NCBI GenBank assembly: GCA_022791255.1 | Contig: JAAVYR010000003.1 | Location: forward strand, 14,634-78,633 | Direction of reading: 5' to 3' | Source: Peptococcaceae bacterium | GTDB taxonomy: Bacteria; Bacillota; Dehalobacteriia; UBA4068; JAAVYR01 | Length of the DNA: 64,000 nucleotides | Shown here: piece by piece, positions 50,201-58,277 of the stretch | How positions within the stretch are numbered: position 1 is the first letter of the stretch | Layout of the letters: each line of letters starts with the position of its first letter | Made by a program: the position numbers and the translations under genes | Notes under the pieces: model-generated | What the model was told of the DNA's origin: nothing | What the model saw: the letters and a program-made list of their open reading frames with translations, nothing else | The model's database searches: none

Positions 50201-50806
50201 AGCCGGCCCCGCCCCAATGAGAGCCACCCGTTTACCAGTAGACTCTGCCACATCCGGGATAAAGGGATGTTCCCGCCCCAAATCCATATCAGCTGCAAAT
50301 TGTTTCAGCCAAGCAATGGCAATAGGTTCTTCTGCCAATTTTCGGCGGCAAGCAGCCTCACAAGGGTGCGGACATACCCGGCCGATAGAGGCAGGTAAAG
50401 GCAAGTCTTCTTTAATTAATTCCAGTGCTTCTGCATAGTGGCCATTGGCAATCAGCCCTACATAACCCTGACAGTCCGTTTCCCCAGGGCAAGCTTGTCT
50501 GCAAGGAGGACGACAATCCCCTTCATGGTCAGAAAGGAGCATTTCCAGCGCCATTTTCCGAGCAGCAACTACCCGCTCCGTTTCCGTAGAGATAATCATA
50601 TTATCCGCAACTTTGGTGGCACAAGCCCGCAAAAGTTTTGGCCCGCCATTGACTTCTACCAAGCACAGTCCACAGGCACCATAAGTCTCTACCCGTCCGT
50701 CTTGACACAGGTTCGGGATATCAATGCCGTTGGCAAGAGCTACCCCTAGGATGGTATCTCCTTCCTGAGCCGTTAGTTCTCTGCCGTTGATATTTATTCT
50801 CAACAT
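47261..50806 (-). CDS. stnC: Stn-type transhydrogenase subunit C: [2Fe-2S] + GltD-like FAD/NADPH domain + [4Fe-4S] clusters + cofactor-less NuoG/Fdh-like domain
   Basis: N-terminal IPNLC...GACGLCLVE...AC; GRVCPHPCE, IGAGPAS, GGMLRYGIP, VGGGNTAMD and YRR; then CVLCGLCVRVC, CISCGQC and CGYCSVGC...C; no H-cluster motifs and no Mo-ligand Cys/Sec. Confidence 0.8.
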   Translation of the reverse strand: MLRININGRELTAQEGDTILGVALANGIDIPNLCQDGRVETYGACGLCLVEVNGGPKLLRACATKVADNMIISTETERVVAARKMALEMLLSDHEGDCRPPCRQACPGETDCQGYVGLIANGHYAEALELIKEDLPLPASIGRVCPHPCEAACRRKLAEEPIAIAWLKQFAADMDLGREHPFIPDVAESTGKRVALIGAGPASLTAAYFLAKAGHTAHIYEMMPQAGGMLRYGIPQYRLPKDVLDAEIAIIQAMGVEIFYNMKVGRDVTFDYLRNQYEAVFVGIGAWQSSALGCPGQDLAGVIGGIDFLQDVAMERPVSIGKRVAIVGGGNTAMDACRTAVRMGAEEVYLIYRRTKSEMPAEPMEIQEAEEEGVIFKLLVSPLEVLGEDGKVTGIRLQKMELGEPDASGRRSPVAIPGAEEILAVDTVIAAIGQKVVPDGLDGLELTAKNTIVTDVHNFTTSLPGVFAGGDGINRGPDIAIAAIGHGKKAARSINAYLAGEPLTFTKPFLVERKNVTAEMLAHIEKQPRVEMPHLAAADRKTNFREINTGFTEAQAVTEASRCLSCGCMSVFDCKLLEYANRYQVEPEKLAGGEVHHRREKDDHPFIERNIDKCVLCGLCVRVCEEAMGVNAIGLLNRGFETSVQPSFERKLADTECISCGQCAALCPTGALTVRQPGVKSVPLNTERIVESVCGYCSVGCKVQYHMKGDVIIKVTPAKDSFLCAKGRFGLNWQPSAERITGPLLVVDGELQETYYDDAFLAMTRELRAIQSAYGKDSVAMSLSGKLTNEEIFLAKKIAASLGISDQVYSSQAGSYGIADIIGDVMPKTTFAELETTDLIIACGLDLLQEPATLVPRIRKALARGAKLILVDNRDTLADQWATAKYTPDDTVSFWYQVAKELLTQDGLQLADQQKAALEKQLANIKVGRDAKAFAAHYLAAKNSIFLLGGAKVSDAAGAIIAGIAAMARHLGKPRNGIIQLKPSPNAYGILAARDVKPRGELVENIAEGKVKALFTIGDFYSAEELQGLSYLAVMDHYYSPMAMNAQVVLPLALPRENVGVYTSAEGRCQQLRPAVSLGQAVANWETLAALGDRLGANTQYECFDLLQKETAAAQPKKTGCHKCAVCSEVAAQLFPITEDMLQKAIAAFGDEKAAMWKKPVAFDYTAGAFMAYLKQRNITK

Positions 50807-50824
50807 CTGGTTACACGCTCCTTT

Positions 50825-52573
50825 CTACTTTACTTCCACTGCACCAAAGCGGCATACCGTATAACAATTGCCACACTTAGTGCAAACATCTTGGTTAATC
50901 ATATGGGGCTGTTTCTTTTCCCCGCTAATAGCATTTACCGGGCACTTTAATGCACAGAGGGTGCAGCCAGTGCATTTGTCTTGTTTGATTTCATATGTCA
51001 GCAAATCCTTGCATTGTTTTGCAGGGCAAGTTTTTGCCTGGATATGGGCTTCATACTCTTCCCGGAAGTAGCGGATGGTGCTAAGCACCGGATTTGGCGC
51101 AGAGTTTCCCAGACCGCATAGAGCACCGTCTTTAATGGCACTTGCCAGCTCTTCCAGCAGCTCAATATCTCCCTCTTTACCGTCTCCTGTGACAATCCGT
51201 TCTAAAATCTCTAGCATCCTAGTGGTACCAATACGACAATGGGTACATTTCCCGCAAGACTCCTTCTGGGTAAAGTCCATAAAGAATTGAGCCATATTCA
51301 CCATGCAAGTGGTTTCATCCATAACAATCATACCACCAGAACCCATAATAGCACCGGTTTTCATAATAGAGTCATAGTCGATAGGCGTATCTAATAAGCT
51401 CTCCGGGATACAGCCCCCAGAAGGCCCGCCCATCTGCACACCTTTAATGGCTTTATCTCCCTGGATGCCGCCGCCGATATCAAATACAACCTGTCGCAGG
51501 GTAATGCCCATAGGCACTTCTACTAAGCCGCCTCGTTTGATTTTCCCAGCTAGAGCAAATACTTTAGTACCTTTGCTTTTTTCCGTCCCCATGGCCGCAT
51601 AGGCTTCGCCACCGTTGGCTAATATCCAAGGCACATTGGCATAAGTTTCTACATTATTGATATTAGAAGGCTTTTGCCAGTACCCCCGTTCTGCCGGGAA
51701 AGGCGGCTTTAAGCGAGGCATACCCCTTTCCCCTTCTAGAGAGGCAAGGAGCGCCGTTTCTTCCCCACAGACAAAAGCCCCAGCCCCTGCTTTAATCCGC
51801 AGAGAGAAAGAGAAATCTGTCCCTAAGATATGTTCACCTAAAAAGCCGGCTTCTTCCGCCTGTCGAATGGCAATTTCTAATCGCTTAATAGCCACTGGAT
51901 ACTCTGCCCGCACATAGAAGATACCTTCTCTTGCACCAATGGCAACGCCTGCAATAATCATCCCTTCGATGACAGTATGAGGGTCCCCTTCTAAAAGACT
52001 TCTGTCCATAAAGGCGCCAGGGTCCCCTTCATCTGCATTGCAGACGATGTACTTCTCGTCACCGCGACTGTTTTTCGCTGCTTGCCATTTAAACCAGGTA
52101 GGAAATCCTGCCCCCCCTCTGCCGCGAAGTCCTGCCGTTTTTACCATTTCAATGATTTCTGATTTATCTGCAAACGATAACGCTTTTTTTAAACCTGCAT
52201 AACCACCGCGGGCTACGTAATGTTCGATATTTTCCGGGTCGATAATCCCACAGTTTCTGAGAGCGATACGAGTTTGCTTGGTCAGAAAGGCCAATTCCTC
52301 TTCAGAAACCAAATATTTTTCCAGCACAATCCCATCTGTAATATGTTGCGCAAAGATTTCTGCAGCAGCTTTTTCATCCACTCTACCATAAAGATAAGAT
52401 TTTCCATCGCCATCGATGACCTCCACCAATGGCTCGGCAAAGCACATGCCGTTACAGCCCACCTGCAATAAGGAGATATTAGCCTTTCCTTGGCAAAGCT
52501 CGGATAAAGTATCCCAGGTTTTCTTGGCGCCTGCCGCCATACCGCAGCTGCCCATGCCTACTCTGATTTCCAT
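50825..52573 (-). CDS. stnB: Stn subunit B (HydB/NuoF-like FMN/NADH-binding subunit with C-terminal 2x[4Fe-4S])
   Basis: Thioredoxin-like [2Fe-2S] N-terminus; GLRGRGGAGFPT, NADEGDPGAFMD, GAGAFVCGEETAL, ESCGKCTHC, H...CPAKQC and two ferredoxin motifs. Confidence 0.82.
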   Translation of the reverse strand: MEIRVGMGSCGMAAGAKKTWDTLSELCQGKANISLLQVGCNGMCFAEPLVEVIDGDGKSYLYGRVDEKAAAEIFAQHITDGIVLEKYLVSEEELAFLTKQTRIALRNCGIIDPENIEHYVARGGYAGLKKALSFADKSEIIEMVKTAGLRGRGGAGFPTWFKWQAAKNSRGDEKYIVCNADEGDPGAFMDRSLLEGDPHTVIEGMIIAGVAIGAREGIFYVRAEYPVAIKRLEIAIRQAEEAGFLGEHILGTDFSFSLRIKAGAGAFVCGEETALLASLEGERGMPRLKPPFPAERGYWQKPSNINNVETYANVPWILANGGEAYAAMGTEKSKGTKVFALAGKIKRGGLVEVPMGITLRQVVFDIGGGIQGDKAIKGVQMGGPSGGCIPESLLDTPIDYDSIMKTGAIMGSGGMIVMDETTCMVNMAQFFMDFTQKESCGKCTHCRIGTTRMLEILERIVTGDGKEGDIELLEELASAIKDGALCGLGNSAPNPVLSTIRYFREEYEAHIQAKTCPAKQCKDLLTYEIKQDKCTGCTLCALKCPVNAISGEKKQPHMINQDVCTKCGNCYTVCRFGAVEVK

Positions 52574-53104
52574 TTACTCTACCCCCTCTGCCTCTTCTTT
52601 TTTGCGGAGTTCCCGTAAGATTTCTTTGGCCTTCGCCCCAGTAAGCCGGCCATATGTCTCACCGTTAATCATCATCACCGGCGCCAAGCTGCAGCAGCCA
52701 AGACAAGCCACATTGTTTAAGGTAAAAAGATTATCTGCCGTCGTTTCCCCGTCATGGATTTGCAGTTCTTCTTCGATAGCCGCTTCAATATCCTTAGAAC
52801 CATTGACATGACAAGCCGTACCCTGACAGAGCATAATCAAGTATTTTCCTACCGGTTTTAAGCGAAACTGGGTATAAAAGGAAGCAACCCCCATGATTTT
52901 CGCCAGACGAATACCCGTTTCTGTAGAAATCAAGCTAAGGGCTGCCGCCGGCAGATAACCATAAATATCTTGTGTTTTTTGCAGCACGGTAATCAAACTT
53001 CCTGGTTCTTTCCCATATTGCGCTACGATTTCTGCAACAGGCGCCAGGTCCAATCCGCTCCCAGCCGCTGCACAGGTTCCTTTTTTACATTGGCATACCA
53101 TCAT
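52574..53104 (-). CDS. stnA: Stn subunit A (HydC/NuoE-like [2Fe-2S] protein)
   Basis: GVASFYTQF, CQGTACHV and CLGCCSLAP motifs; ATG 53104 behind AAGGAGG. Confidence 0.82.
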   Translation of the reverse strand: MMVCQCKKGTCAAAGSGLDLAPVAEIVAQYGKEPGSLITVLQKTQDIYGYLPAAALSLISTETGIRLAKIMGVASFYTQFRLKPVGKYLIMLCQGTACHVNGSKDIEAAIEEELQIHDGETTADNLFTLNNVACLGCCSLAPVMMINGETYGRLTGAKAKEILRELRKKEEAEGVE

Positions 53105-53233
53105 ACAGTTCCTCCTTATGCTTTCACAAACTCCATATACGCTATATAGCAAAATGGATTTTGTAATCAGATACAAAATCCCGTATTTCTCTTTTTTATA
53201 GTTTATTTTTTCTCATTTATTTTAATAATGTTA

Positions 53234-54202
53234 TCAAGAATTCGACAATTTGTCCAGGATAAAATATTTTCCAGCCAGCGCCACGCCAACACTATTATCC
53301 CCGCTATAGGCCCCATCACAGAAAAATAACTGTAAATTTGGCAGCAATTGCGGCAAACGCATTCGTAGATTACGACTACCAGCAACGCCGCCAGCCAGCA
53401 ACACCTGGTCACATTGATAGACAGTAGCAAGTTCTTTTAAGCTTTTAGCCAAGGCCCGACTGATAGTTCGCCAAACAGTGTTACTAATAATCCCAGGCGC
53501 TACTCCCTGCACTATTTTCCGCTGCAAGTCGCTTTCCGGTCCTGATAATGAGAAATAACCTTTTTCATAAGAGAAATTTTGCAGTAAGCCCTCCGGCTCT
53601 CTATTCTCCCAAGCAAAGGTATCCAGTTCTTTCCCTGCCGGGAAAGCCATCCCCAGTGCCACCCCGACTCGGTCCACCATTTGCCCAGCAGCAATGTCGC
53701 TGCTACCGCCCACCTTTTCTATGACAAGCCCCTCTTTCGTCCAGTGTATCAAGAGGATTTCCGTTGTTCCCCCAGAAAGATGCACTGCTAAAAAGGGCTT
53801 TTCCACAGAAATGCCGCTAGACCATACCCCTGCTAAAATATGCCCTTCCTGATGAGTCGTCAGGTGCAGCGGCACATGAAGGGTCTCTGCTATCACTTGA
53901 GCAAAAGAACGCCCGCCTAAAAACACCGGCATATAAGAGTCCGCTTGGGGCCGCGGTCGATCTGAAACACAAACTAGCTTGATGCTCGCCGCCAAATACC
54001 CCACAGCCTGCGCCTCTGCTAATAAAGCACCATATAAAGAAGGCAACTGTTTTATATGATAAAACAGCGCCTCTGACTGGGATAACCCCCGATTTCCTTT
54101 TTGCACCGGTAAGATTTGCCGCTGTTGAGAGAGAAGCTTCCCCTCCGCAGAAACAAGGGCTACCGATGTGGTGTAACAACTGGTATCTATCCCTAAAATC
54201 AT
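53234..54202 (-). CDS. TsaD/Kae1-like (peptidase M22 / ASKHA) protein
   Basis: ILGIDTSCYTTS, HQEGH, LAVHLSGGTT, AAGQMVDRVG, GGVAG and DN motifs; divergent from canonical TsaD. Confidence 0.85.
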   Translation of the reverse strand: MILGIDTSCYTTSVALVSAEGKLLSQQRQILPVQKGNRGLSQSEALFYHIKQLPSLYGALLAEAQAVGYLAASIKLVCVSDRPRPQADSYMPVFLGGRSFAQVIAETLHVPLHLTTHQEGHILAGVWSSGISVEKPFLAVHLSGGTTEILLIHWTKEGLVIEKVGGSSDIAAGQMVDRVGVALGMAFPAGKELDTFAWENREPEGLLQNFSYEKGYFSLSGPESDLQRKIVQGVAPGIISNTVWRTISRALAKSLKELATVYQCDQVLLAGGVAGSRNLRMRLPQLLPNLQLFFCDGAYSGDNSVGVALAGKYFILDKLSNS

Positions 54203-54612
54203 CCGATTTTTTCCTCACTTAAGTCTTTTGCTATCTTGTCCAATACTCCATTGACAAAAGCCCCAGACTCTGCCGTACTAAATGTCTTGGCCAACTCAAT
54301 AGCTTCATTGATGATAATATTTTTCGCCGTGTCAGGATAAGCCATCAATTCGTAAACAGCCAACCGCAAAATACTTTTATCCACATTAGCCATACGATCT
54401 ATAGACCATTGGGTGGACTCTTTTTGAATATAAGGGTCTATTTCCGCCTGTTTCTTCTGCACCCCTTCTGCCAGGTGCAAAGCAAAGGCAGCATCCTCTT
54501 CCGCTAAATCCTTTTCTTCCAGCGTATGCAAAGCCATTTCCCATTCATTCTTCCCTACATCCATCTGGAAAATCATCTGCAAAGCTGTTTTTCTGGCTGC
54601 ACTTCTACTCAA
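54199..54612 (-). CDS. nusB: Transcription antitermination factor NusB
   Basis: SRSAARKTALQ, ILRLAVYEL, INEAIELAK and FVNGVLD motifs. Confidence 0.97.
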   Translation of the reverse strand: MSRSAARKTALQMIFQMDVGKNEWEMALHTLEEKDLAEEDAAFALHLAEGVQKKQAEIDPYIQKESTQWSIDRMANVDKSILRLAVYELMAYPDTAKNIIINEAIELAKTFSTAESGAFVNGVLDKIAKDLSEEKIG

Positions 54613-54687
54613 AACAAAATCCTCCCTAATCTATCCTTACCCTGCACTAGCATCTATCAGCACCTATCAACGCCTAGATAGGCACCA

Positions 54688-54924
54688 CTAACGCATCGTT
54701 TCACTGTCTCCGAAAATACGGTTCATCATCCTCTGGAAATTTTCCTTGCTGTCAACTCTCGCACCGATAGCAAATCCAATCAAGCCGGAAAGCATCAAGA
54801 AAACAGACTGCCAAAAGCCAAAGAGCAAAATCACCGCCGCTACCGAGACCCCAATCATAATGCCGATGGTAGCGCCGCGTCGTTCTTCCCACATTCTGCT
54901 ACAGAATGCTTTTATCACTTCCAT
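54688..54924 (-). CDS. DUF2273 small membrane protein
   Basis: Two TM helices with FGFWQSVF...GFAIG; conserved asp23-amaP-DUF2273-nusB context. Confidence 0.8.
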   Translation of the reverse strand: MEVIKAFCSRMWEERRGATIGIMIGVSVAAVILLFGFWQSVFLMLSGLIGFAIGARVDSKENFQRMMNRIFGDSETMR

Positions 54925-54943
54925 ATTATCAGCCTCTTTCTCT

Positions 54944-55684
54944 TTATTCTGAAACAGCTGCTTTTTCTTCCTCTGCTTGTTTTGTTTCTGTGATAGGTTC
55001 CGCTGCGTCTGCTGCCATCATTTCTGCAACGATAGGTTCCACATCAGCAGCGTTTGCGCCATCTTCCATTTCTGCTGCTGCAGCTGGTTCTTCTTTTTCC
55101 CCTTTAACATCTTTATCATTTTTTGCTGCCTTTTTGAAGCTAGGCAGGTAACTTTTCCCTTGTTTGCCACCAGCTCCCTCTTCTACAGAAGAAACCAACA
55201 CTTTAATCTCTGCAATAGATACCCCTGCCATGGTTTCCAGATCTTCTTTTACGGCCTTTTGGATGGTGGTACCCAGTTCCGGTACAATCATATCAGACTG
55301 CACGGTAATATGTAAACAAATAGCTACCTTATCCCCAACAATTTTCAGCTTGGGGGTTACTTCTTTGATGCCGCCAATATTAGATACCGTGCGATTTATC
55401 ATGCTTTGGATTGCTTCCATGCTCATAGTTACCTGCCCGATATCGTTGCCAGATACTTTAGCAATTTTTTCCTTCTTGGTAAAGAGCATATTTAATACTA
55501 AGAAGATACCGATAAAAGCAATTACCGCCCCGGCAATCACTACCAGCCATTGGCTATGCAGCAGTAAATCCGCTACGACATCAATGACCATCTGTGCATT
55601 TAAAACGCTGTATATCATGAGAATACCTAGTGCAGTGAAACATAATGCTAATAACAAGAATAGTAGTTTATCTATTAAACGCAC
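54944..55684 (-). CDS. amaP: Alkaline shock response membrane anchor AmaP
   Basis: Two TM helices, GQVTMSMEAI and IQKAVKEDLETMAGV motifs, acidic C-terminal tail; follows asp23. Confidence 0.82.
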   Translation of the reverse strand: MRLIDKLLFLLLALCFTALGILMIYSVLNAQMVIDVVADLLLHSQWLVVIAGAVIAFIGIFLVLNMLFTKKEKIAKVSGNDIGQVTMSMEAIQSMINRTVSNIGGIKEVTPKLKIVGDKVAICLHITVQSDMIVPELGTTIQKAVKEDLETMAGVSIAEIKVLVSSVEEGAGGKQGKSYLPSFKKAAKNDKDVKGEKEEPAAAAEMEDGANAADVEPIVAEMMAADAAEPITETKQAEEEKAAVSE

Positions 55685-55757
55685 AATTCATTCCTCCTCT
55701 TGGGTAAAGTATAAACAGCCCCGGCAAAGACCTAGCTTTTCCGGGGCGGAAAAAAGA

Positions 55758-56183
55758 CTATTCAGCAACAACCGGCGCTTCTTCTTTTTGCGGTTGAGGG
55801 AAAGAAACCCCCTGAACAAAAACATTAACCGCATCAGTTACAAGACCCGTCATATTTTCGATGGCACTGGTAACGCTTTCTTGGATGTTTTTGGCAACTT
55901 CTTGGATTTTTACACCATATTCTACGATGATATAGATTTCAATGGTAGCGCTGGCTTCCTTCACATCTACCTTGATACCTTTGCCAAGATTTTTTCTACC
56001 TAATTTTTCAGCAATACCGCCAACTAAGCCGCCGCTCATACCAGCAACCCCCGGTACTTCACTAGCAGCCATGCCTGCGATGGTAGCCACAACATCATTG
56101 GCAATTTTTACCACACCAGGACCGGCAGGATTTGCAATATCTTCTTCCATTTCTACTTCAAATACATCATTGTTTTCTGTCAT
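55758..56183 (-). CDS. Asp23/Gls24 family protein (YqhY-like)
   Basis: GVVKIANDVVATIAG...GKGIKV...IQESVTSAIENMTGL...VNVFVQGV. Confidence 0.92.
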   Translation of the reverse strand: MTENNDVFEVEMEEDIANPAGPGVVKIANDVVATIAGMAASEVPGVAGMSGGLVGGIAEKLGRKNLGKGIKVDVKEASATIEIYIIVEYGVKIQEVAKNIQESVTSAIENMTGLVTDAVNVFVQGVSFPQPQKEEAPVVAE

Positions 56184-56359
56184 AGGATGAACCTCCTTTT
56201 ATTTCCTCTTATCTTTATCATATCCAGATGATGCTACGATTATATTTATTATATTATAGCACAAAGAACTGCAATCATAAAGACAAGAAACTAATTTCTT
56301 TTCTTATTATATAAATATTTTACATAAAATCTTTTTTTCCTGCTAAAGAAATAGCCAAT

Positions 56360-56929
56360 CTAGGCATTTTTCGGCACGATAACTACACTTTCCATGCCTT
56401 TCCCAGTAATACTTTTCACAATATCTACCACTTGGGCTGCTGCGTCTGTAGAAAGCATATTATCTTCCAATACAATGCAGATTTTTTCATCTTGGATAAA
56501 AACAGCGGCTTCATTAAAGCCCTTTGCTTGGAGCAATTGTTCTATTTGCAATTCCTGCCCCATGTTATCCGTAATCACCATGATTTTATTTTGAGCATTT
56601 TTCTTTTCTTCAGCCGTGCTGCTGGCATTATTTACAATGCCATTTAAAAGTTCGATTTGACTAGCACGCACCTTTTCCCGTTCTAAACGGTAAGCAGCAT
56701 AATACCCTTTGCTATCAATATCTTCTTTACTAGGCTGCCAATTACTGTTACCTGCGTTATTCGGCTGCCCAGGGGTAACATCTCCTTGAGAGCCAGACGG
56801 CGGCGTCACCATATCATCCTCCTCATGACTGCCAAAAAAGGTAAAGCACAACACCACACAACAAATAACAGCTAAAATCCCCCACAGTTTTTTTCTGGCC
56901 AAACAACCTTTCATATCTAACTTTTTCAT
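56360..56929 (-). CDS. spoIIIAH: Stage III sporulation protein AH
   Basis: TM anchor, YYAAYRLERE and IEQLLQAKGFNEAAV motifs; last gene of the spoIIIA operon. Confidence 0.9.
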   Translation of the reverse strand: MKKLDMKGCLARKKLWGILAVICCVVLCFTFFGSHEEDDMVTPPSGSQGDVTPGQPNNAGNSNWQPSKEDIDSKGYYAAYRLEREKVRASQIELLNGIVNNASSTAEEKKNAQNKIMVITDNMGQELQIEQLLQAKGFNEAAVFIQDEKICIVLEDNMLSTDAAAQVVDIVKSITGKGMESVVIVPKNA

Positions 56930-56933
56930 ATGT

Positions 56934-57683
56934 TTACTCCTTTCCATTGGTAATGATAATTTTATGAGCAGGCACATCTAATAGGCCCTGAACAATGTGA
57001 AACACTTCTTCTTTGGTAGCAGCGTCTTCTACACCGGTAGCCACCACTGCCACTCCTCGGACCTGCGGCATAGACTCTTTGATAACGATAGGTGTCGCAC
57101 CTCCTTTTTCTAAAACTAATTGTTGATTATCCGTCTGCTCCGCAATAGTTCTTTGTGTACCACCAGCATCAAGCTCTTGCTGGGTTTTGCTGACTGTAGC
57201 GATATCCATGGCATAATCTTTAGCCATGCTGCTATCTAAAGTAACGCTGACCAACACATGGTCGACGCCTGCTACCTGGCTGATGGTGCGTTCCAACTTT
57301 GCCTCTAACTGTGCTTCTATCTGCATATAGGCAGGTGTTTCCGAGCCTAGCGACTTGGTCTCGCCCATTTCACTGCTACTTTTTTCTTGTTTCTCCATAC
57401 TGCCAGATAAAACCCCAGAAAGACTCATCAGGAAAATACCCACCACCAGGAGAATACCTGGTTTTAGCCATGGCTTTGTTGTCTGTTTCCGTTTTTTTTG
57501 CTCTTTTTGCCCTTTTCCAGAAAACATCATTTGCCACTTTTCTTTACACAGGGTCAGCAAAGAATAATTCTTTTCTAATTTATGTTTGCTCTCATGAGGA
57601 TATGCCTGTTGTTTTTCTGCTTTTTCTCTTTCATTTTCTACTTGCACTTCCGCTTCTACTTTTTCATAATCAGTTGCTGTCAT
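56934..57683 (-). CDS. spoIIIAG: Stage III sporulation protein AG
   Basis: LERTISQVAGV, PQVRGVAVVATG and VPAHKI motifs; start may lie further downstream. Confidence 0.9.
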   Translation of the reverse strand: MTATDYEKVEAEVQVENEREKAEKQQAYPHESKHKLEKNYSLLTLCKEKWQMMFSGKGQKEQKKRKQTTKPWLKPGILLVVGIFLMSLSGVLSGSMEKQEKSSSEMGETKSLGSETPAYMQIEAQLEAKLERTISQVAGVDHVLVSVTLDSSMAKDYAMDIATVSKTQQELDAGGTQRTIAEQTDNQQLVLEKGGATPIVIKESMPQVRGVAVVATGVEDAATKEEVFHIVQGLLDVPAHKIIITNGKE

Positions 57684-58233
57684 TTGCTGCCGCCTCCTTG
57701 ATCACACATTGTACTTTTTCTTGAGGTAAATGATAAAACGCTTCTAATAATCGATAGATATCTGCTTCTATTTCAGCGGTATCCGTTCCCGAGCTCGCAA
57801 TCACTGTCAACCGCACCAGCTCCAGGTCTCCACTCCACGCTCCCTCTGCAAAGGAAATATCCACAGCGGCCTGTTCCACCCCTGATACTAACCGGACTAA
57901 CGCCAAGATTTGCAAAGAAATATCTTCTTTCACTTCTTCTTCTGCTTTGGTAAAGAGTGCAGTGTCTATTTCCCTTCCTGCAGCTAAAATCTCTTCTGTA
58001 GAAAGATTACCGGCGGTCTCTGTTTCCAGGATATCCGCCATTTCTGCAGCGGCAATCTCTCCGGCAAAAAGCTGCCCTTTTATCAAAGGGTTCAAGAAGG
58101 CAACTAAAATCAATAATCCCATAAAAAAACGAATAAATTTTTGCATCTCACCATTGGGCAGCAGTAGTTCTAAAAAAGCTGCTAACACCGCAATGATAGA
58201 TATCTGCCGCATCAGACCAATGACAAACTCCAA
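57670..58233 (-). CDS. spoIIIAF: Stage III sporulation protein AF
   Basis: LELLLPNGEMQKFIRFFMGLLIL...NP motif. Confidence 0.9.
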   Translation of the reverse strand: MEFVIGLMRQISIIAVLAAFLELLLPNGEMQKFIRFFMGLLILVAFLNPLIKGQLFAGEIAAAEMADILETETAGNLSTEEILAAGREIDTALFTKAEEEVKEDISLQILALVRLVSGVEQAAVDISFAEGAWSGDLELVRLTVIASSGTDTAEIEADIYRLLEAFYHLPQEKVQCVIKEAAANDSN

Positions 58234-58277
58234 ATTCCCCCAGCCCCCTTTTTACGCCATGCCACTTTTCTCGCTAA

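Noticed and set aside
47261-50806. [FeFe]-hydrogenase, (seleno)formate dehydrogenase or glutamate synthase
   Set aside because: No H-cluster motifs, no Mo-ligating Cys/Sec or in-frame TGA, and no gltB partner; the domain order fits StnC.
53112-53130. Rex operator upstream of stnA
   Set aside because: Only one half-site (TTGTGAA) is present; the other half does not match TTCACAA.
55164-56003. 279-aa plus-strand ORF, and the other plus-strand or nested ORFs in the track
   Set aside because: They are antisense or out-of-frame shadows of well-supported genes (here asp23 and amaP), with no recognisable motifs or RBS.
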